Source: Cirrosporium novae-zelandiae (Eukaryota). From it: a stretch of 64,000 nucleotides of DNA. The first letter of the stretch is position 1, and every line of letters begins with the position of its first letter. The position numbers and the translations under genes were made by a program. Below are positions 13,706-24,700 of this stretch, piece by piece. The notes beneath the pieces are model-generated. The model saw only the letters and a program-made list of their open reading frames with translations. It had not been told where the DNA came from and did no database searches. The DNA lies in NCBI GenBank assembly GCA_026023565.1, contig JAPETS010000055.1:62001-126000 (forward strand), read 5' to 3'.

Positions 13706-14347
13706 ATTGACTCTCTTTCACCCAATATTGTTTTTAAAGAACTGCTGCACATACACAGTACATTGAGAACAGCTCTCGAAGGACAACAAATAGTCATCAT
13801 TCTGGAGTTGAACGACCTCCATATCGAGAAAAAGCAGTTGGCTATCCGCAGGATAAAGGATTCTAGGACAAGGTTTTATTCGCTAGAATTTTAATAGAAG
13901 ATATTAAAGGCGCAAGATGGTAGATAAAACAGGTGTGGAGCCGGAGAAAAGCGAGCCATTAGAGTTATATTTCTCTTATCGCGGAGGTGGGGTGTAGATT
14001 AGGTGTGTGCGATATCAATTATTCCCTGCGTGGTGTCAAAATTGGGCAACATTCAACAACATGAAAGCATGCTTCAGTACAATGATCCAAGCGTCCAAGC
14101 CTTCATTTATCTGTCAAATTTAGGATGAAGGCCAGCTCCAAATGAAACGGAGAGATTCGGAAACAATTATTTAGTGCAACATTACTAGACTAACCGTTTC
14201 GGTCAAGGATAATAGAGTTCAGATACTAAGCCAGTAGTCGGTGACGCTCAAGAAATCCTTCAGAGGATAGCTTCTCTTGACAATCTCCCACCTGAAAAGT
14301 TGTTCAGCAGCAAAGGCATTCTTGAGATTTTAGCAGAATGAGACAAC
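13706..14347. promoter_or_regulatory. Divergent promoter with several GATAA/TTATC sites (AreA/NIT2-type, putative)
   Basis: GATAA or TTATC near 13852, 13923, 13976, 14107 and 14208, between two nitrogen-catabolic genes. Confidence 0.5.
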
Positions 14348-15739
14348 ATGGAAAATATGGACAAATTGATCATTAAATATCTAAAGCTCATTGGAACCAT
14401 ACAGCGCACTTCCCGGTCATGGAGTGCGATTCCCAATTCGACGGAGATGCGCCCGCTTGGTTTGACCAGAGAGGACAAACAAGTTCGAGATTGGTTGGTA
14501 GCAGAATGTAAAGGTCTGGGATGTGAAGTCAAAATCGATCAGATGGGAAATATTTTCTGTGTAAGACCAGGAAAGTTAACTGGTGTAAAGCCAATTGCCA
14601 TGGGAAGTCGTTTGGAGACACAGTCTGCTGGTTAGTGTTGATCTTTGGCTTTTGACTACAATTGACTGGAAGTTAGGTGGAAGATATGATGGAGTTTTGG
14701 GGATACTATGTGGCATCGAAGTTTTGCGAACCCTCCACGAACACAATTACGAAACAAATTATCCAATTGCACTGATCGGCTGGACAAATGAAGGAAGGAC
14801 GCGATTTCCCGGGGCCATGATGTCTTCTGGAGTATGGAGTGGAAAATATCCCACAGGCTTGGAGGCTTGTCATGCTTTTGTCGATCCGGATGGCATCAGT
14901 ATGCGGGAAGCTTTAGAGAAAATAGGATACCTAGGAGACGTGCCTTGCAATCATCAAGAAAATGGCATAGAAGCACATTTTGAGTTGCATATGGAGCATG
15001 ACCCAATATTGGAGCAGCAGCAAAAGCTTGGAATAGTGACTTCCATCCGGGCAATGAAATGGTATGAGATCAGAGTTAATGGGAAGGAAGAACATTCCGG
15101 TATGTTGTCCTCCCTTAGCCATATTTCAAAGGCGGAAAAATACGTCTAACGACCAGGTTTAACATAGAAACAACCCCCACAAATGCGGACCCTGATGCTT
15201 TAGCGACAACCTCACGTTTAATTTCCGCAGTCGAAAACGTATCAAGCCAAACAGATGTCGGGGAGGCAATGATTGGGGTGGTTCGTAGAGATATATCGAT
15301 TCAATCGGAAATTCCTGCTGGGGTAGGATTCATCGTTGATGTTCGATGCTCAACAGATGAACAGGTCGATGAGTTCTGTGCTGCAATTTTCAAGCAATTC
15401 GATCTCGTCGTTGCCGAAGAGGATAACGGGACATCTTATGAAATCGAGAGAGTGTGGGGCCTTCCAGAGTCCACATTCGATGCCAAATGTGTTGAAATAT
15501 CGAAGAAAGTGACAATACATCTTGTTGGAGAAGACCGAGTATTGGAGATGCAATCGAGGTCAAGTCATGATTCTGCATGGACAAGCAAGGTTGTACCAAC
15601 AGGGATGATATTCGTACCGTCCAAGGATGAGATCAGCCACAATCCAACTGATTCTACCAGTTTGGAGAATTGTTGGCTAGGGGCTCAAGCTTTGCTATCA
15701 TGGGTGTTGGAGTATGATGAGTACCTTGGATCGAGATAG
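14348..15739 (+). CDS. M20 N-carbamoyl-amino-acid hydrolase / beta-alanine synthase-like, with degenerate active site (possibly an incipient pseudogene)
   Basis: IDQMGNIF, GGRYDGVLG, HFELH, HDS and ISHNP. Introns 14631-14676 and 15100-15167 give one continuous frame, but SHLD reads SRLE and NEEG reads NEGR. Confidence 0.85.
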
Positions 15740-16229
15740 AAGAGTTATTAATTAATTACCGAGGTAGCTTGGATTGAATTCGACAGAAAGAATATGTGAG
15801 AATATGTGATACCAGCCACAGCATGACACAGCCACAAGACTTCGTCATCACTTTGTGGTGTGATGGCATGCATTATCGAATTATCTTCAATATCAGTATT
15901 AATTGGGCGTCTTTCCATGTCACGTTGACCTGTTCATACCTGCTCATCAATGTATCCCGATTCCCCCACCCAAAACAATTCAATCAATACAGCAATGGCC
16001 TAATTGTATTATTTAGAAGATCAGGTTTTCCATGTCCGATCGGCTCTCTTACTTTTATGTTCTACTGAGTATTGTACTGTACATGTACAGTACATTCTGT
16101 ATAATACTTCGCCTTTCAGCAAATCGTGTTGATTATCAAGAATAACGTCAAACAACAACAGGGATGGAGCAAACAGAGAAGTTGACTCTGCACTAGGGTC
16201 TGGCATCAAGTCGCCTACCTAAACATTAG

Positions 16230-17210
16230 GCTCCTACCACTATCAATACTTGGACAATGGACGATAGCTCTGCATATATGCTACCGAATGATCAATATGA
16301 GCAGAGTCGCCTTGATATTTAACATGTGCAGTGGCTCTACGTTATGGATAACAAGCGCCATCTGGCTCCACTTCGAAAAGATGTCCAGAACGTCCTTGAC
16401 GTCGCAACAGGGACGGGAATCTGGGCCATAGAAATAGCTGACAAGTATCCTTCTGCCAAAGTCATTGGAATAGACCTGAGTCCCATGCAACCTGGCCAGT
16501 ATGATAATATTTCTATCCTGGAAACATCAAACTAACGTTCTGAATGTTCCCTCTAATTGCTCTTTTGTTGTTGAAGATAGTGATAGCGACAAATGGATAT
16601 AAGAGGAGAAGTTTGATTGCATTCACTGTCGAGCGCTGTGTTCAGGGTGGAAAAACTGGCTCCGCTATTTCGATCACTGTTTCAATTGTTTGAAACCGGG
16701 TGGCTGGATTGAATGCCAGGAGATTGTATTCCCCTGTCGGTGTGCCAATGGCCATGAGGATGATAGGGCTTGAACGGAGTCGATATGTACTGTACTTGAA
16801 GCAGCTTTAGCCAAGGATGTTGATATGGAACATCCTGTTCGTTTCGAAAAAGATTTAGAAATGGCTGGATTCATCAGAAGTCAAAAGAAAGAGCTCCAAG
16901 GACCGTGGAATGGTTGGATGACACAAAAGAAAAAAAAAGCGGGGAATTATGCGCGATCAATATGGACCTCTCAGCGTTGAGTATGAGATTATTTACCAAG
17001 TGTCTAAACTGGACTAGCGATCAAGTGGAGGCTTACCTGGTGGAGGTGAGAAAGGCTCTTTTAAGCAAGAACGAGCACCATTATGTTCCTCTGTGAGTAT
17101 ATATCCTGTGCGCATGAGATGTTGACTACTCGAGTACTTTTCAAAATGCTTAATTACCATAGGTTGTATACTGGGGGCAGAAGCCGGAAGTAACGGGAAA
17201 GTCGGGTTAA
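16230..17210 (+). pseudogene. LaeA-like (Methyltransf_23) SAM methyltransferase pseudogene
   Basis: LPND..EQSRLD, VLDVATGTGIWAIE, IGIDLSP, FDCIHCR, LKPGGWIE and WGQKP are recognisable. In-frame stops at 16265, 16320, 16600 and 16771, frameshifts, and no AG acceptor after the CTAAC branch site near 16532. Confidence 0.9.
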
Positions 17211-17998
17211 GGATTCAGATATTCATGTGGACTCTAGCATTCTAAAAGGATACTTGTTACGGAGAAAATTTGAGAATAAAGCACCACCAATTAAAGAGTT
17301 GAAAAAAGAAGAAGAGATTTTCACCGCTTTCACAAAGGTCTAGTTAATTACATGGGCGCATTAATGGATCTACAAGGACGAGAGGGCTCGAAATAATGTC
17401 ATGAGCTCCATTAGCTACCCCTGTCGGAAAAAGATTTAAATAAAAATTAATAGACAAAAAGGTTTGACACTGGTCCCAGAAGGTCAATTTGAGCAAGGCA
17501 CAGCCGTCACAGAATCATCAAAGGATGATCAAGGTCCCAGGAATAATTACGTTAATCAAAGCCACCCGAGGAAGAAAAAAAACATTACGAAAGTTAAGAA
17601 AGCTGAAGTCATCGTCTCGGTTAAATGATACGAATGATGTAATAGGTCAACAGCAAGGCCACAAACCTGGTAACTTGCATAACACGACCATATGACAGAT
17701 GCGGCAATGCCCTACTTGACCTTTGTTAGTTAATTCCCCAGAGGTACCATGTAGACTACTTAAGTTCTTGGACAGGTCACCTCATCCATCTGCTTTCAAT
17801 TCTATTTCATTATAGTCTACCACTTACTGAACCTATCCTCTTTTGTCTCAATCTTTCAGCTACAAAGCAATAACAAGTATAAGAGTGCTCTTTGCTGAAG
17901 CATTCTTTTAACCAATCTCATACCTCATACCTCATACCTCATACCTCAACAGCTTTTCATTCATTGAGCAATAAAACATCTCACAAAACTTTGAAAAG

Positions 17999-18754
17999 AT
18001 GGCATTAGGCGGTGCCTTTCTCCGCATAACCACCACTCTCGTTCGCGTCATTCAACTCTTGGCCTCAATTGTAGCCCTCGGTGTTTTCTCCTACTTCCTC
18101 GCCGTACTAGCCAAAAATGATGCTCCTATCGCCAAAGACTGGCGCGCTGTTGAGGGCATGTCTGGTGCTGCTACACTCTATGGAATCTTCGCAGTCCTCC
18201 TCACCCTGTGCTTGGGTGGAGTAGCATTCTTCGCTTTCCTCGCCATTGTCCTCGATATCTGCTTTGTGGGATGCTATATCGCCATTGCAATCCTCACCCG
18301 TCATTCAGCAGATTCTTGCACCGGCACCGTGCAGACGCCAGTGGGAACAGGTCTCGCAAGTGCTTATCCTTCCTACAACGGTGACACCTTCTCCCCACAC
18401 TTCGGCCTCGCCTGTCGTCTCGAGAAAGCTGTCTTCGCTGTCTCTATCATCAACATCATCCTGTTTATCATCAGCGCTGCCCTGACAGTCGGCATGGCAC
18501 GCCATCACAAGCGCGAAAAGGCCTATGGACCCTCTCCAGCGAACAACTACACGAGCGGCCGCAGCCGTGGCAAATTCTGGCAACGCAAGAAGAGGAACAC
18601 TTATGACGCCGAAATGGCAGTTGCTGGAGGCCTTAGACCCTCTGCTGAAACCGGACTCACAGGCAGCACTGCGCACGACGGCGTCGGATACACCGCCCCT
18701 GCAACCGCAGATCCCAAGTACGGACAGGCCGGCTACCGAAGCGCAAACTTTTAA
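17999..18754 (+). CDS. MARVEL-domain four-TM membrane protein
   Basis: Four hydrophobic helices, RVIQLL at the start of TM1, CRLEKAVFA before TM4, and the fungal tail motif YGPSPANNYTSG. Confidence 0.85.
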   Translation: MALGGAFLRITTTLVRVIQLLASIVALGVFSYFLAVLAKNDAPIAKDWRAVEGMSGAATLYGIFAVLLTLCLGGVAFFAFLAIVLDICFVGCYIAIAILTRHSADSCTGTVQTPVGTGLASAYPSYNGDTFSPHFGLACRLEKAVFAVSIINIILFIISAALTVGMARHHKREKAYGPSPANNYTSGRSRGKFWQRKKRNTYDAEMAVAGGLRPSAETGLTGSTAHDGVGYTAPATADPKYGQAGYRSANF

Positions 18755-19342
18755 ACCAAAAAAAAAAAACGATTTGACAAATATGCATGAGAAAGTTGGG
18801 GGTGGAGGAATCGAATCGGATCGGATCAAATGCAATGATACCAGGAAGGCTAGCCAAAAAATGATATGAAACCGGGGAGTTGAGTTTGCTATGGTTGCAT
18901 GCATGCTCGGAGTCGAAATGATCAATGACCTTTATAATACCAATACCAACCCTAGCATCATCGTCAGCTGCTGGGGGACCTTGTACCATAATAAAAAAAG
19001 CTATAGCTAATGCTTTTTTACATCATTAATGAAAATGAAAATACGAAAATGTTATAAAATGAAACCGAAAACTTTCATACCTCTTTATTCTCAATGCCAG
19101 ATATCTGGCTCGGCTCGGTTGGCTTTGTTCCTTTCCTTTCCTTTCCTTTCCTTTTCCACTGTAACAGTAGAACTGTAGAACTTGTAGAGCCAACAACCAA
19201 CCCAACCCAACCCAACTTGTCTATCACGAACCCGAATCCGAATCCGAAACACCAAACTCCATCTGTCCATCCATCCATCTATACAAAGCAATCCCATATC
19301 CCCACATCCCACCCATAAATATAAAACCTCCTATTCCCCTAC

Positions 19343-19663
19343 TCATTCCCTGTCCCCAACCCCATCAACAAATCCCCTCAAAACAGCCTCCAACCCCTCA
19401 TTCCTCCTCGCCAACAACATCACATCCTCGACCGCAACCGTTTTTCTCCCCGCATGCCTCGCAAACATCTCTACATCCCCCACCACATTTTCAATCTGCA
19501 TCCACACGAGCTCGGTCAGCGCGCCGATGAATTGGGGGGTGGCGTTCGTGTTGAGGTTTATGGACTCTTCATCTACGAGGCGGCCTATTAGGAGCCAGAG
19601 GGCGGATTTTAAGGTTGAGGGGGTTGGTTTGGTGGTTGTGGTGGTGGAGGTGGTAGGGGGCAT
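19343..19663 (-). CDS. MHF1: CENP-S / MHF1 histone-fold protein, intronless
   Basis: LKSALW..IG, NATPQFIGALTELVW and D.EMFARHAGRKTV..EDVMLLARRNEGL match the CENP-S family. Confidence 0.92.
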   Translation of the reverse strand: MPPTTSTTTTTKPTPSTLKSALWLLIGRLVDEESINLNTNATPQFIGALTELVWMQIENVVGDVEMFARHAGRKTVAVEDVMLLARRNEGLEAVLRGFVDGVGDRE

Positions 19664-19749
19664 TTTTGGGAGTTGGGTGTGTGTGTGTGTGTGTGTGTGA
19701 GGGGTGGAGAAAGTTGGAAGTTGGAGGGCGACGGCGGCGTGTTTTTTTT

Positions 19750-22050
19750 TTTGTTTTTTTGTTTTTTTGTTTTTTTGTAATGGTGTCTTGCGATAATGGG
19801 TTTTAATTATTTGGAGCGGGTCGGGTCGGGTCGCGTGAACGGTGGGGGGGAGAGAGGGAGAGGGAGGGTTGGAAATGGTGTGTGTGGTCTCCTAGAGAAG
19901 TAGGATCAAGTCTTGTTGTTTTTGCGATGAGTGTTTTGTGATGGTGGTGGTGGGTTTAAACTGTAACCTGTAATTACTTTACTTGGGGGCGCGTTTTCTT
20001 CGCGTGTGTCGCCAAAGGGGCCCGGGGGGGTTGTCGGAGCTCTCTCTCTCTCCGCAGATGAGATGGGGATTAAGCACTAAGAGAGACCTAGGAAAAGTTT
20101 ATGAAGAAAAGGTAAGGTGAGGTGAGGTGAGGTGATTTTTTTATTTTTATTTTTTTATAGTTATTTGTTTATTTGGGGTAATTAGATCTCTAGAATTTGG
20201 ATTTTTGAAAGTCCTAGAGTACAGTTAGTTTTTTTTTTCTTTTGGTCGCTTTGTTGGTTGACTCGACTCTTCTTCTATGCTCGTTATCCTGTGTGCATCA
20301 TCTCAAATACACGCATACCATCAACCAACGATGTTAATCTTGCCAACTGCTTCTCCTGAAATATAGAAAAACTCCATTTTCACCCTTCATTATAAAGTAA
20401 ATGCGATTTATACCCTCCATCTAAACATGAACCCAGACTGGAATTAATTAGTCGATTCGTTACCGCTACCAATGTCACTATTGTTATTTCCCCGGTTACT
20501 GGATATAAACTATAAACCCAGACCTGCCAGTGGTAGTAAAAAAAACCTCACCCCTTTCAGTCTTCTTCTATTCACCCGTCAACCGAAAAGATGATCCAAT
20601 AACCATCTATTTGGGTTGATGGTTTACCGGGGAATGAGAGTCGGGTAGTCACTGGGGGCTTGACATTGACAGGCACAACACGGGATGATGTTGGTCGTGT
20701 AAGATTGCATGCATGATGGCAAAGGGAAGGCAATAAAATGATCTTGGAGGGGTTTTTTTTTTGAAGATTTGGTAACAAGATTGGATGATGATAATATATA
20801 TCTCTCTCTCTTCTCTTCTGCCATCTGCGTGGTATAGATAAAATCTCTCCCAGGAATTTCAACCAAATGGTGTGGTATCTGTTTTGCTTGTTAACTTCTT
20901 GTTAATTATCCAATAGAGAAGGGGTTTTAGGGTTGTGGATTTGTGTGGGTGGTCATTTCGTTCGGCTTGAAGCCTAGGTTTTGATTATCCTCGTGAGCAA
21001 TCACAAAAGTCTCTTACGGGTAGTTATAGAAAAAATTTAGAAAGAAAGAAAAAAGCATTAGTATAGGTTGGTAGAAATTTGTTGTTGACAGGATTTAGCT
21101 GAGATCTCGAGAAGATGAAAAATAAATTAAAGAACTGAATTGAACTGAATTGAACTGAACCTAAATAACCCCCGTTAGCTTAGGGCTAATTGCTTGAATT
21201 TTAAGTTCGCAATTAGGGCTTTCGGCGAGTGGTTCCGGTTTGGAGGGTTGACGCCATCTCGAGAAATGTTGAGCGCATCCACAGTAGAACTTTGTAAATA
21301 GGCTTGAACACTTACTTAACACTTACAGTAGTCTGATCATGATTTCAGTAGCCTGTGGAGTTATGAAGATAACATTTACAGTGTGCAGGGCAAATTGCGT
21401 ATAGGGCTTAGGGCAAAAGACGGCTCGGGCCCTACCATGTCTGTCATAGCCCGCCTCCAAGCTCCAAGGTTAATAATTAATTAGTTTTCCCTGTTGGCTT
21501 ACAAGTAGATCCGGAGATTCCTGACCTCCCCCCCTGCAAAACCCGACCGGGAAAAGGTCCCTTGCAACGAGGCATTTGTTTTTTCTCTCACCTGTCTTTC
21601 CTTGCCATAACAAAATAACTACGTTTTGCCATCCACGCCGACAGAAAAAACACACTCTGAGTCAAATCGAATCAAACCGACAAGCAAACGCCAGAAAAGA
21701 CAAAAGAGAAAAAGAAAAGGTCAGAAAGAAGACAACTAGCACTCAAAAATCTCTTCACCCAGCAAATCAATCAACCAGTAAATTCCCCGCTTGATCGCTC
21801 GAACCTCAAATCAATTGTGAACACATCCATACAAAATCTCCTGTCCTTGACAAAAAAAATAGAACAAAGAACCACTCTGAAACGCCTTCTGCGGCTATCG
21901 CTGTTGCCTTACAAGGCGTAACGCGCCATCGCAAATCAAATCCAAATCCTTGGCTACAAAGACGCAATATTTGCAGGCAAATATATAAGCGGTCTGCAAA
22001 GCAACACGATACAATCCAACACAACACGGTTCGGCTGCATTAAAACATTT
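19750..22050. ncRNA. Candidate large structured non-coding RNA (telomerase-RNA-like; strand and ends unresolved)
   Basis: No credible ORF. Nested complementary segments (20200-20208/21743-21751, 20251-20259/21675-21683, 20470-20477/20661-20668, 20488-20496/20626-20634, 21187-21193/21209-21215) and template-like motifs. See findings. Confidence 0.35.
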
Positions 22051-22245
22051 CTTACTTTTTCTTAATCAGCCCGTTTGGGGGCTTCTCTACCTATAGTCAA
22101 GTATCGGTCCGAGTTTGGTAATTCGAATCGAGACTCCTTGGTATTCACTCCTTGGTATTCGGCCCTTGGACATTTTTCCTCCTGCAACTTCGCTCAGACA
22201 TTTTACTATACCTGGAAACTTCCTCTCCAATCGGACTTACCTACA

Positions 22246-22692
22246 ATGGAGTCGGCATTAGAAACGGTGTCCACATGGGGCAACAATTTCACTACCAATG
22301 TTGGTGCGTCTATTACAAACTACACAGCTCGAGACTGGATTCGTTTGATTTTGATTCTATTTGGATATATGCTACTGAGGCCACGTATGTTGTCACTTGT
22401 CGGAAAGATGCAAGCCAAACAACAAACAGATGAGGATGACAGAGTCAAGCAGGAGGCAGAAGAGAAGGCAAGGCTGGATCCAAACAGCTTGAGGGGATTG
22501 GTGCAGGTGCCCGAGGATACCGACGACGAGGAAGACGAGCAAAGTGATGGGAAAGCCAAGGTGGAGTGGGGAAAGCAGGCCAGGAGGAGACAACGAAAGA
22601 TGATTAGAAAGATTTTAGAGGCGGAGGAAAAGGTCAGAGAGCAGGATGAAGCGGAAAGTGACAAGGAGATTGAGGAATTCCTAGAGCAATGA
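22246..22692 (+). CDS. PGA2: Pga2-like (DUF1531) ER trafficking protein
   Basis: ATG at 22246; RDWIRLILILFGYMLLRP TM segment, WGKQARRRQRK, and acidic end SDKEIEEFL. Confidence 0.82.
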   Translation: MESALETVSTWGNNFTTNVGASITNYTARDWIRLILILFGYMLLRPRMLSLVGKMQAKQQTDEDDRVKQEAEEKARLDPNSLRGLVQVPEDTDDEEDEQSDGKAKVEWGKQARRRQRKMIRKILEAEEKVREQDEAESDKEIEEFLEQ

Positions 22693-24617
22693 GAGGAGCC
22701 TGCGCAATGTCTTCTTTTCTCCCTCTTATTGAATATTAGTGTAATGATTTTGATATGTATATTTGCTCTATAGCCATCCAAGACTTGACTTCTTACAGAG
22801 AAGTTGGGCTGATCACTCTTGGCCTTTCTTCTCCTGAATATCCAGTTCGTTCTCGAGCGTTGAGGGTTCGCCTGTTGACTCGGGATTTCTTGCTGCACAT
22901 GTCTTGCTGCTCGATGGCTGAAATAAGTGGAGATGGCCGTAAGGTGGCTTGCGATCGACTTCATTCCCTTGCTATGGTCCATCTTGATCTGGATCGAGCC
23001 TTCGGCCATTATCGCCGAGACTTGATGAAGAATAAGAACCTGGTTAGATATGGATATTGCTGAACGCATAGAATAGTAAAACTTGCATTCGGAGAATGCC
23101 TTTAGGCAAAATTAGAGTAGGCTTGGATAATTCCAAACACTGCCATGGAACCAATGCACCACTGAAATGGATGTCGCACATTTAAAAAATAAACGTGGAT
23201 GTGGATGCACAACAAAATGCCCGGACTCCCACAAGTCCACGGCGTCGACTGCCGTCGGAAACCTGTAACTCAGGAGTTGGACGGGAGACACAGAAGGGGG
23301 TTACTTTTGCCACATGTTTCTCAAATCTGGATTATCATCTGCATCGTAGGGGATAGTTAATAAAAAACAAACTAGGATTTAGCACGCGATCGTGGGGACC
23401 CCAGACACAATCAGCTCAGTGCTCAATGGATACCCAATACCTGGGGATATATTTCTGTACGTCATTCAATCTATAGATGAACTTGATCTCCTGATTTGGA
23501 TTGTTCATGTATGTTAACATTATAAAAATATACATGATATGGCAGGACAGTTGATGCAATTGATGCCCAACCATTGCATATAGTGGGTTGCTCAAAGAGG
23601 TAGGAGATTGTCATAACTCAAAGGTGGTGGATGGGGGTTTGGTCAGATGCAAATGACATTATTCCAGGTTGTCTGTAGTCAGATAAGTACTCAGATTACC
23701 TGGAATTGCTTGCGTAACTGCTGGGCTGGGCCGACTATCTTGAAAAATGGTGTTGTTACTTTAGGCTCAGGGTGCTATTGTCGGGAGGGTGCAGCTGGAA
23801 GCCAACGGGAGATGGATTCGCACGTTCGCCTTGGATTTTATGACCCAAATACGGGATATCAATCAATACCCGGCATCAGGGTATCTGGAAATTGGAAAAG
23901 GGAAAAACATCAAAAAGGGTTCAAAGAGGCCACGCATGAATAGTGGAATGACAGGCTGATAGTGATACAATTGAGGAAGGACAACAGGTCTTAGCATTGC
24001 TTAGTTATTTGATAATTGTGCTGTGGTTCTCGAGGTGCATGGTCGATCACTTTTCGCTACACTGATATAAAGAAGGGAGTTTCCTTGTTAACTGTTGTTT
24101 GTTCTTCTTGAAGGAGTAGGAAGTTAATAACATTGCCACCGAAAGATGTCACTAGTTTGCCTCGTTTGCCTCAAAGATCTAAAGCCTAAAGATGCATGAA
24201 TTGGATGGTCTAGATAGACTAATCACGCGGGTTGTTGGAGTACGTACTAAGTAGTTTTGATGATTAAATGAATTACTGTGGAAACTTGGGAATTTGATAG
24301 GTGGTCATGGTCTAAGACTTGGAATGGAGTCTGCCTTACTACATCGGAGTAAGCCAGCCTTGAAAGGCCCACCTCCTCCTCTTTGGTCAAGGATTATATC
24401 ATCGAATGAAAGATGCCGAGGAGACGTTGTCCACTCCGTGCCACTCGATGTGCTGTGTCCTGTTGTGCAGCTGATGATTATGTACCGTATGTTGTTATGT
24501 ACATGTACCTTATTATGTGTATGCATATTTCAGCAACCTAATGCCAAACTAAGGTAAGCGCATTGAAGACTTTACCAATGTGTTGCCAGTGCTTGTCAGT
24601 GTGTTCTCTACGAAAAG

Positions 24618-24700
24618 CCTTGGGGAGCCCTTGGAGCCCTTGGAGCCCGTAAGGGGCCCGTGAGAGCCCGTAAGGCCCGTAAGAGCCCGTGAGAAGCCGG
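24618..24700. repeat. Degenerate 9-11 bp GC-rich minisatellite with a GCCC(T/G)T core, about 7-8 copies
   Basis: ggagccctt-ggagccctt-ggagcccgta-aggggcccgtg-agagcccgta-aggcccgta-agagcccgtg. Confidence 0.8.

Noticed and set aside
18305..18925. 206-aa minus-strand ORF
   Set aside because: Antisense to the MARVEL gene; non-ATG start and no family features.
19961..19973. CTGTAACCTGTAA as a TTACAGG telomerase template
   Set aside because: No upstream boundary hairpin, it lies outside the nested core, and short duplications are common in this genome.
20430..20760. RNase P/MRP, snR30, SRP RNA or TPP riboswitch assignment
   Set aside because: Only partial resemblance (GGGGCTT, AAACCAT); the paired conserved boxes are not present in the required order.
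22320..23069. 249-aa minus-strand ORF
   Set aside because: Half of it is the antisense shadow of PGA2 and the rest has no recognisable motif.
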